A DNA stretch of 64,000 nt from Nitrospirales bacterium (GTDB lineage Bacteria; Nitrospirota; Nitrospiria; Nitrospirales; UBA8639): positions 2,208,001 through 2,272,000 of the forward strand of contig OY729426.1 in the NCBI GenBank assembly GCA_963422365.1. Direction: 5' to 3'. Both the position numbers and the translations under genes were made by a program. The notes under the pieces are model-generated. The model did not search any database. It was not told the DNA's origin and worked only from the letters and a program-made list of their open reading frames with translations. This document shows, in pieces, positions 56,875 through 64,000 of the stretch (positions are counted from its first letter, which is position 1; every line of letters starts with the position of its first letter).

Positions 56875-57951
56875 ATGCGGAAATCTCGATTAAAGGCGGC
56901 TGTCCTGGGAGCCAGTGGGTATACGGGTGGTGAACTTCTTCGCCTGTTAAGCTGTCACCCCCATATAACTCTCACTACCGTGACAGCAGACAAATCAGTT
57001 GGGCTTCTGGTCACTTCCCTTTTCCCACACCTCGACACGTTTCATGGGCTTCGTTTTGAGCCGCTGCGCATCAAGTCCATCCTGAAAAAAGTCGATCTGG
57101 TGTTTGCAGCGCTCCCGCATACGAAATCCATGGAACCGGTGACTGAATGCGTCCAAACCAAGAAACCTGTGATCGACCTGAGCGCCGACTTTCGTCTTAT
57201 GCAGGCCGAAACATATGAACACTGGTATGGCGCACCCCATACGTCACCTGCACTACTGAAAAAGGCAGTATACGGCCTGCCGGAACTGCACAGGGCACAG
57301 ATCCGGCAGGCTCAACTGGTTGCCGTGCCTGGCTGCTATCCAACAGCAGCCATTCTGCAATTGGCTCCATTGCTGGCCCATCAGATCATCCAAACAGACA
57401 CCATTGTTGTTGATTCGAAATCCGGCATTTCAGGAGCAGGCAGAAACCCAGCCTTGCCCTATCATTTTCCGGAAGCTCATGACTCGATGACGGCCTACAA
57501 CATTGCCCAACACCGTCACACCCCGGAAATCGAGCAAGAACTGGAACGTCTTGTTAATAAAAAAGGTTCTCAACGAAAATGGTCGACTGTGAAAATTGTG
57601 TTTACTCCTCATTTAACCCCGATGAATCGCGGCCTCCTGAGTACGGCCTACGCCAAACTCCGGGAACCAATAACAGACGACATGCTCACAACGCTGTACA
57701 AAGGTTTTTATACAAACGAACGATTTATCAGAATTCGAGAAGAATCAAACTCAATCACTCCCAACTACGTTCGAGGGTCGAATTTCTGCGATATCGGAGC
57801 TTTTGTGGATCGACGAACAAACCACGTCATCACCGTGTCGGCCCTGGATAATTTGGTCAAAGGGGCGGCCGGCCAAGCCATCCAATCCATGAATGTGATG
57901 ATGGGATTTCCCGAAGAGACCGCTTTGACATCTCCTGGTATTTTTCCTTAG
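56875..57951 (+). CDS. argC: N-acetyl-gamma-glutamyl-phosphate reductase
   Basis: GASGYTG, DLSADFR, PGCYPT, SGISGAG, DNLVKGAAGQA motifs. Confidence 0.98.
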   Translation: MRKSRLKAAVLGASGYTGGELLRLLSCHPHITLTTVTADKSVGLLVTSLFPHLDTFHGLRFEPLRIKSILKKVDLVFAALPHTKSMEPVTECVQTKKPVIDLSADFRLMQAETYEHWYGAPHTSPALLKKAVYGLPELHRAQIRQAQLVAVPGCYPTAAILQLAPLLAHQIIQTDTIVVDSKSGISGAGRNPALPYHFPEAHDSMTAYNIAQHRHTPEIEQELERLVNKKGSQRKWSTVKIVFTPHLTPMNRGLLSTAYAKLREPITDDMLTTLYKGFYTNERFIRIREESNSITPNYVRGSNFCDIGAFVDRRTNHVITVSALDNLVKGAAGQAIQSMNVMMGFPEETALTSPGIFP

Positions 57952-57999
57952 GCTGAGATCAACCATAACCGCGGCCCTCACCCATCGTCCGTCTTCCTT

Positions 58000-59211
58000 G
58001 TGAACAGAAAAAAAATCAACAGTGGCGTCACTGCCCCAATCGGCTTTCTTGCTGCCGGGATTCATGCAGGCCTCAAACCGTCGCCCCTGTTAGATCTCGC
58101 CCTTTTGACCTCCACGCACCCTGGGGTCATAGCGGGAGTCTTCACGCAAAATCGAATCATGGCGGCTCCAGTCCTTTTGGGTCGACGTCAACTCAAAAAA
58201 CACAGCGGACAAGCCATTCTTGTCAATAGTGGAAACGCGAATGCGTTGACAGGTCCGCAAGGGATAACGGATGCCCTGGAAATGCGGAAACTCGTGTCGA
58301 CAGCATTACGCCTTCCTGCACATTCAGTATTTGTGGGATCAACAGGAGTCATAAGCCGCCCCTTGCCGATGCCCACCATCCGTCAAGCCGTCCCGCCTCT
58401 CATTCATCTCCTGAGCCGATCCGGTCATACGCAAGCCGCACAAGCCATTATGACGACGGATACCAAACATAAAGAAATCGCTTTTCACGCCAAAATAGGG
58501 CAGCGGATTCTTACGATAGGAGGCATGGCCAAAGGCTCAGGAATGATTCATCCTCATATGGCCACCATGTTAGCCTATCTCACCACTGACGCCTTGATTA
58601 CCCCACAGGCGCTTCAAGCCGCGTTGACTCAAGCCGTCAACGAAACCTTTAATTGCATCTCTGTCGATGGAGATACCAGCACGAATGATACGGTTTTATG
58701 CCTCGCCAATGGACGAGCCGGCAATCCGACCATTCAGATGGGCACACCCCAATGGGAAAAATTTTATGCCCTTCTTTACGAAGCCTGCCTGTCGCTTTCG
58801 CTTCAAATTTGCCGGGATGGAGAAGGGGCTACCAAAATCGTAGAGATTATCGTCCGCGGAACAAAGAGCAATCACGAAGCGAAGAAGATTGCTCAAACCA
58901 TTGCAACTTCGTTGTTGGTGAAAACCGCCGTCTTTGGAGAAGACCCCAACTGGGGTCGCATCGTGGCTGCTGCTGGCAGGGCTGGAGTGAACTTTAATCC
59001 TTCCAAGCTTTCATTACAATTCGACGCAACTCGAGTGGTGGACAATGGCCAAGCTGTTAGAGGCCAGACAACCCGACAGGCGCAACGGATTATGCAAAAA
59101 AAAGAATATGTCATGACGCTCTCACTAGGAAATAGACCAGGTTCCGCCAGACTCTGGACGACCGATCTTTCCTACGATTACGTTAAAATCAACGCCTCCT
59201 ATACAACCTAG
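58000..59211 (+). CDS. argJ: Bifunctional ornithine acetyltransferase
   Basis: NSGNANA, IMTTDT, KGSGMIHPHMATML, DGDTSTND, RDGEGATK motifs. Confidence 0.98.
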   Translation: MNRKKINSGVTAPIGFLAAGIHAGLKPSPLLDLALLTSTHPGVIAGVFTQNRIMAAPVLLGRRQLKKHSGQAILVNSGNANALTGPQGITDALEMRKLVSTALRLPAHSVFVGSTGVISRPLPMPTIRQAVPPLIHLLSRSGHTQAAQAIMTTDTKHKEIAFHAKIGQRILTIGGMAKGSGMIHPHMATMLAYLTTDALITPQALQAALTQAVNETFNCISVDGDTSTNDTVLCLANGRAGNPTIQMGTPQWEKFYALLYEACLSLSLQICRDGEGATKIVEIIVRGTKSNHEAKKIAQTIATSLLVKTAVFGEDPNWGRIVAAAGRAGVNFNPSKLSLQFDATRVVDNGQAVRGQTTRQAQRIMQKKEYVMTLSLGNRPGSARLWTTDLSYDYVKINASYTT

Positions 59212-59429
59212 CCCATCTTTGTGTTGCACCCAAATCAATCATTGTTTCAAACAGTTCAGGAAGACACTGCCGTCAGATACCATTCCACGTACTTCGCTTA
59301 CATAGAACAACAGCAACCCGCAAGGTCCATTCAATCACATCAGGTTGAAACTGTTGAAAGAAACGTCCAATATCAAAAATGTTACAAATGTCTTGGAACG
59401 GTCTGAACCGTCACATCTCTCTGTCAAAA

Positions 59430-60125
59430 ATGAACCCATTGATTCCTTCACAACTACGGCTGATCCATCAAGGCCTGAGCGCTCTTTTCGTCCTAGCCCT
59501 GCTCCCCGGCTGTACGATCATAGAAACGACCTATGATGTTGTCGCCGGAACCGTCAAAGGGGTCTATAAACTGACCACCGGGACTGCCAAGGTTATCTAC
59601 CATATTGGGAAATTTACTTTTCAGGTCGTTCAGGCCCCGTTCAACTGGCCCCTGACTCATGATGAGATCGAAACGATCGATGGGTTACCGGTCAAAGAAG
59701 CCATTCGACAAGGTCGCGTCAAATGGGCCCCCTATGTGGTGAGAGGCAAACGCTACGTACCGATGAATGTGAGGCAAGCACAACGATATGAAGAAACAGG
59801 TATCGCGTCATGGTATGGGAAAGAAACCCTGCAGAAAAAAGGGGGGCATATGACCGCAAATGGCGAAGCGTTTGATCCTCTGGGCTTAACAGCCGCACAC
59901 AAATACCTGCCGTTACCGATCAATGTCAAAGTGACGAACCTGGAAAACGGTCGATCGGTTATTGTCCGGGTCAATGATCGTGGTCCATTCCCCAGCTCCA
60001 ATAACCCAAACTCCGGAACACGCATTATCGACTTGAGTTATGGATCTGCCCAAAAACTTGGATTCCACAAAAAGGGATTAGCCAGAGTCCACGTCAAAGT
60101 CATCCCTGTCAATGTCGGAACCTAA
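59430..60125 (+). CDS. rlpA: Septal ring lytic transglycosylase RlpA family lipoprotein
   Basis: Lipobox LPGC; GIASWYG, TAAHKYLP, VRVNDRGPF, RIIDLS motifs. Confidence 0.92.
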   Translation: MNPLIPSQLRLIHQGLSALFVLALLPGCTIIETTYDVVAGTVKGVYKLTTGTAKVIYHIGKFTFQVVQAPFNWPLTHDEIETIDGLPVKEAIRQGRVKWAPYVVRGKRYVPMNVRQAQRYEETGIASWYGKETLQKKGGHMTANGEAFDPLGLTAAHKYLPLPINVKVTNLENGRSVIVRVNDRGPFPSSNNPNSGTRIIDLSYGSAQKLGFHKKGLARVHVKVIPVNVGT

Positions 60126-60781
60126 CACAGGTTGGGCATCGGCAAAATGATCAAAGGCGTGACGTTCGGCTTGGTGGGCTGGAACAAAACGATGACCCAT
60201 CGTTCCAAATATCGGCACCGCAAAAAAAGGGGGCAGCCAAGACTGTGGCTGAACCAGCAAATCCAGCCAGATAACTGATTCGGGCAGCCAGCAATCCGCC
60301 TTGGCTCCATGGGATCGTCGTAAGCCAAAATCCATAACGGGTTTGCCGGCAGCGGCGAGCACGAATCGGGTGTCTTTGGATGCAATCAACATCTGATCGA
60401 TTCACGAACCGGGTCTCGATGAATTGCGCTTGGGGCAACGGGGCCGTAACTCGAACAATCGGGTATTCACAAAAAATACCGTACCTTCAGGGATAGCATG
60501 AAGATCCACGGCAAACCGAAACTGTTTCAGATATTCGACAAAGGAACGACTACACCGCCCACTATGAGCCACCCACCCCAACTCACTCGGGTGAAACGGA
60601 CATTCTCTGAAAATTCCAGAAGTTGTGCCAACCCCGCAGCCACGAAAAATCACCGTTGCGGGGGCATCGTCCTCACAGAATATTCAAAGATTGCGGTGTC
60701 TTCTCTGCCCTGTTCGAGATAGCCTTGAAGCATGGTGAGTTGATAGAGGTCTGTTCATCAAACACTTGATCAAATATCCAT
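60126..60781 (-). pseudogene. pncB: Nicotinate phosphoribosyltransferase pseudogene (N-terminal half only)
   Basis: TDLYQLTMLQGY, AAGL, AIPEGTVFF, PQAQFIETR, IASK, DFGLRRSHG, GTMGH motifs spread over three frames; TGA at 60650-60652. Confidence 0.9.
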
Positions 60782-60801
60782 GCCAAATGATCCACTCAAC
60801 A

Positions 60802-61158
60802 TCAGCAGGATTCGTCTCGGGACTCGAGCGCTTTACACGATCCCAACACGGTCATGAATATGATCCCTTGACGCGCGGCTTTTCGGCTACGATACCGTAA
60901 ACATCGGGAGACAGGATGCGTCAATCTCTCCCGGGCAACGACGGGTGAGGGTTCCATGGGCATCTCTCGCATCCCCACAGTCACCTCTTCGGACGGTACA
61001 TACCCGGACTCTAGAGAAGGCAGAAATTCATCGCGGGTATTGAATTCTTCTCGGGATTGTGAATATTGCTCAATTTGCTGACGCACCCAACTACCGATTG
61101 AGGCAACAAACCAAACCAAGAGCACGATTCCAAGAAAGACAAATGCTTCGATATTCAT
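60802..61158 (-). CDS. Hypothetical membrane protein (floA-associated)
   Basis: N-terminal TM helix; C-terminal ARQGIIFMTVLG motif; directly follows floA. Confidence 0.7.
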   Translation of the reverse strand: MNIEAFVFLGIVLLVWFVASIGSWVRQQIEQYSQSREEFNTRDEFLPSLESGYVPSEEVTVGMREMPMEPSPVVARERLTHPVSRCLRYRSRKAARQGIIFMTVLGSCKALESRDESC

Positions 61159-61186
61159 CCCATGACCTCACGTGGTTGCCGCGGTT

Positions 61187-62146
61187 TCAGGATTGCTCTT
61201 CATCATGCCCAATGGCCTCCCTCATGGCAGTATCGGCTTGCACATTCTTCATTCGATAATAATCCATAAGCCCGATATTGCCTTTCCGAAAAGCCTCGGC
61301 CATGGCACGAGGCACTTCCGCTTCGGCCTCGATCACCAGGGCTTGCATTTCCTGTTCCAACGCCACGGCCATGGCCCGACGTTCTTCGGCCTTGGCCTGG
61401 GCAATTTGCTTGTCGGCATTGGCCTGGTCAATTTGCAACTTCGCACCAATATTTTCGCCGACGTCTACGTCTGCGATATCAATGGATAAAATCTCAAAAG
61501 CGGTACCGGCATCCAACCCTTTTTGGAGAATATGTTTCGAGATTTCATCAGGGTTTTCCAACACATCCTTGTGCGTGTTCGACGAGCCAATGGTGCTCAC
61601 CATGCCTTCACCCACTCTGGCAATAACCGTCTCTTCCCCGGCGCCACCGACAAGCCGATCAATGTTCGCTCGAACGGTGACCCGGGACACGGCAATCAGT
61701 TGAATGCCATCTTTCGCCACCGCCGTAATTCTCGGGGTTTCAATCACCTTCGGCAGGACAGACATTTGTACGGCTTCCAACACGTCACGACCCGCAAGAT
61801 CAATAGCCGCGGCACGCTTGAAGGGCATGGGGATATTCGCTCGATTCGCAGAAATCATCGCATTCGCCACTTTCCCGACATCGCCGCCGGCAAGGAAATG
61901 CGCTTCGAGATCATTGATCGGGATCTCCAAGCCAGCCTTCACCGCGCTGATCCGCGCCGTGACCACGGTGCTGGGCGGCACTCGGCGAAGACGCATGCCG
62001 ATCAGCGTCAGAAGCCCCACATACGCATTCGAAGCCCAAGCCGCAATCCATAACGGAATGGGAATCAGGTACAAAAACCCTGCCAAGGCAATGCTCACGA
62101 CTAACACAATAGCGAGGGTGCCAAAGACCTGCATTTCTGCGCCCAT
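61187..62146 (-). CDS. floA: Flotillin-like protein FloA (YqfA)
   Basis: [56 protein letters not shown] motifs. Confidence 0.95.
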   Translation of the reverse strand: MGAEMQVFGTLAIVLVVSIALAGFLYLIPIPLWIAAWASNAYVGLLTLIGMRLRRVPPSTVVTARISAVKAGLEIPINDLEAHFLAGGDVGKVANAMISANRANIPMPFKRAAAIDLAGRDVLEAVQMSVLPKVIETPRITAVAKDGIQLIAVSRVTVRANIDRLVGGAGEETVIARVGEGMVSTIGSSNTHKDVLENPDEISKHILQKGLDAGTAFEILSIDIADVDVGENIGAKLQIDQANADKQIAQAKAEERRAMAVALEQEMQALVIEAEAEVPRAMAEAFRKGNIGLMDYYRMKNVQADTAMREAIGHDEEQS

Positions 62147-62351
62147 GAAGACCCCCTCCTTTCAGCCTATGTGAACTGGGGAAACGAATACCGGAACCCT
62201 ACCACAAATGGAGAAGGAATGGCTCAAAATTCAGAGCCTCTTCAAGTTTTGCTGGTCAAGAGAGAAGACGAACAGGAGGGAAATCGCGGTGTGGTTAAAA
62301 AGCAGGTTACCTCTTGAACAAAGGCACTTCGCCATCATCGGAAAAGAACGA

Positions 62352-63976
62352 TTAATGTATTTCCACAAGACCTTGCAGCAATTCCAGACATTGCGGTTGA
62401 CGCAATTTTTTGAGAGCAGACGCTTCAATTTGGCGGATGCGTTCTCGCGTCACGCCAAAATCCTCGCTGATTTCTTCCAAGGTGTGCCCTTTGGCAAATC
62501 CAATCCCGAATCGTTTTTTCATAATGTATTCTTCCCTTGGCGTTAACACACCCACGGCCTTGCCGACTGTGCGTTGCGTATCATACCGTAATGCAGCCGC
62601 ATAAGGAGGAGAGACCTTCTGATCCTCAAAAAGGTCGCCCAAGCGAGTCTCTTCACAATCACCAACAAGGGTTTCCAGCGACACAGGTTCCTTAAGCTAT
62701 TCCATAATTTCCTGGGTCTTCTCTTCAGACAAATCCACATGTTCGGCCAGATCCTGAACGGTAGGCGGGCGCCCGTAGTGTTGCACCAATCTTATCAACA
62801 TCTTATTCAATTTTTAAATGGATTCATGCATATGAATCCGGGCTCCGGATCGTATGGGCTTGATCGGCTAGGACACGCGTAATTCGTTGCCGAATCCACC
62901 ACGTCGCATAGGGGCTGAATTTCTATCCACATTGATACTCAAATTTATCAACGGCTTTCATCAACCCGATGGTTCCTTCTTGAACGAGGTCTGAAAATTG
63001 AAGCCCTCGTCCGATATAATGCTTGGCAAGATTCACCACCAAACGCAGATTGGCTTGAATGAGCCTATTTTTTCCGTCTTCAACGTTTCGCTCAGCTCGG
63101 TCAGTTCTGTTTAAGATTTCCAGGAACATGCTGACAGGCAGACACACGACATTTTGCTCAACATCTTGCAGACAGTCCCAGATCTTACCAATCGAATCCA
63201 CTAACTGTTCGATCTCTTCCAGGGGCAAATCGGTCTTGCCTTGAAGCGCCCTTTTGGCCAACCGTGGCTTGGCGACTTGTCGAACAAGATCCAGGGCCTC
63301 ATCCTTCTCCATGCCAAGCTGTTGACCGCGATCGAAAATCTGTTGACGGTAGACACGAAGATCCTTCCCCAAGGCTTTCACCTGGGACAGCAATTGGCCT
63401 TGATACGCGTCAGTGAAATTCAAGGCTTGGATCTGGGCAACGATTCGTTGTTGCGTAGACTCGACGTGTTTCACAATAGGAGAGGAGTTTTCCTTTTTGA
63501 TGCCAGCTTGGCACATTTTTCTTGGTAATACCGTTGCAGAAATTTTGAAGCCCATCGGATGGCCAACAGTCCGCTCAACGTTCGATTGAGTGTATCCTGG
63601 TCTGCCGGTTGTCTACCCGCAGATTCAACGCGTTCCTCACCGGCCACACGCTCAAAGCTCAGCTCAAAGCTCACGACCGTGGACACGGGAATTTCATCTC
63701 GCCGCAAAGACTCACGGAGTGTCTCCAACTGCTTGCGAATCAAGGGAGGCCATAGACAGCCCATGCTAATTCAGCACTTCCTGCTTCAATCTGTTTGGCA
63801 AGCTGGGCTTCCTCTTCACGAGTCAATAACGGAACCTTGCCCATCTCCTTCAAAAACACCTGGGTGGACCCACGTGGCCCCTCTTCCTTCTGAGGAAGGA
63901 TCACCCTTGCCAGGCGTGAAGAAGGTTGCGGAAGATGAGAAGATGGACCTGAGAAATCTTTGGTCGCCATAACCAA
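62352..63976 (-). pseudogene. Sigma70-family (RpoD-like) sigma factor pseudogene
   Basis: Region 1.2 FLKEMGKVPLLTREEE, region 2 ANLRLVV / DLVQEG / YATWWIRQ, region 4 TLEEI..DFGVTRERIRQIE; at least three frameshifts and three in-frame stops. Confidence 0.92.
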
Positions 63977-64000
63977 CGATGGTGTTTTTGGAGCAAGTTC

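Noticed and set aside
59212..59429. Possible ncRNA between argJ and rlpA (imperfect TTTCAAACAGTTCA / TGAAACTGTTGAAA repeat)
   Set aside because: The pairing is short, AT-rich and imperfect; not distinguishable from chance or an ordinary promoter region
1..64000. CRISPR array, rRNA or canonical tRNA genes
   Set aside because: No regularly spaced direct repeats, rRNA-like tracts or cloverleafs with a GTTCRA T-loop were seen by eye

Overview
Bacterial chromosomal window, most likely Nitrospirota (Nitrospirales-like). This is inferred from gene content and order, not from a search. Most of it is housekeeping: LPS core and lipid A genes (glycosyltransferases, waaC, gmhB, waaF, lpxK, waaA, DUF374/LpxJ-like, msbA, lpxB, gnnA-like, lpxI, lpxA, fabZ, skp, bamA), lon-thiL, lptD-folC-accD, moaCDEA, folB fusion, hpnD, udg, tldD-pmbA, uppS-cdsA-dxr-rseP-proS, rplM-rpsI, argC-argJ, rlpA and floA. 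The main accessory feature is a GC-rich 4198-bp Mu-like transposable-phage remnant (3730-7927). It has TG...CA ends, repeated end motifs, an IHF-consensus site and a 5-bp target duplication, and it splits an LPS glycosyltransferase gene. It keeps a 5'-truncated portal, a MuF head protein with a BECR-type nuclease-like C-terminal extension, and two small membrane-protein genes with their own promoters. Immediately past the MuF stop codon, a near-consensus sigma70 promoter on the opposite strand points at a 67-nt pseudoknotted, tRNA-shaped RNA, a candidate RNA antitoxin or decoy. This is the best novelty candidate. Other points of interest: an A9 / A-AAA-AAG frameshift site inside the DUF374 lipid A acyltransferase, a MoaD with a masked Gly-Gly terminus, and decayed pncB and sigma70-family pseudogenes. 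No CRISPR array, rRNA or canonical tRNA was seen. All family assignments are motif recognition by eye.
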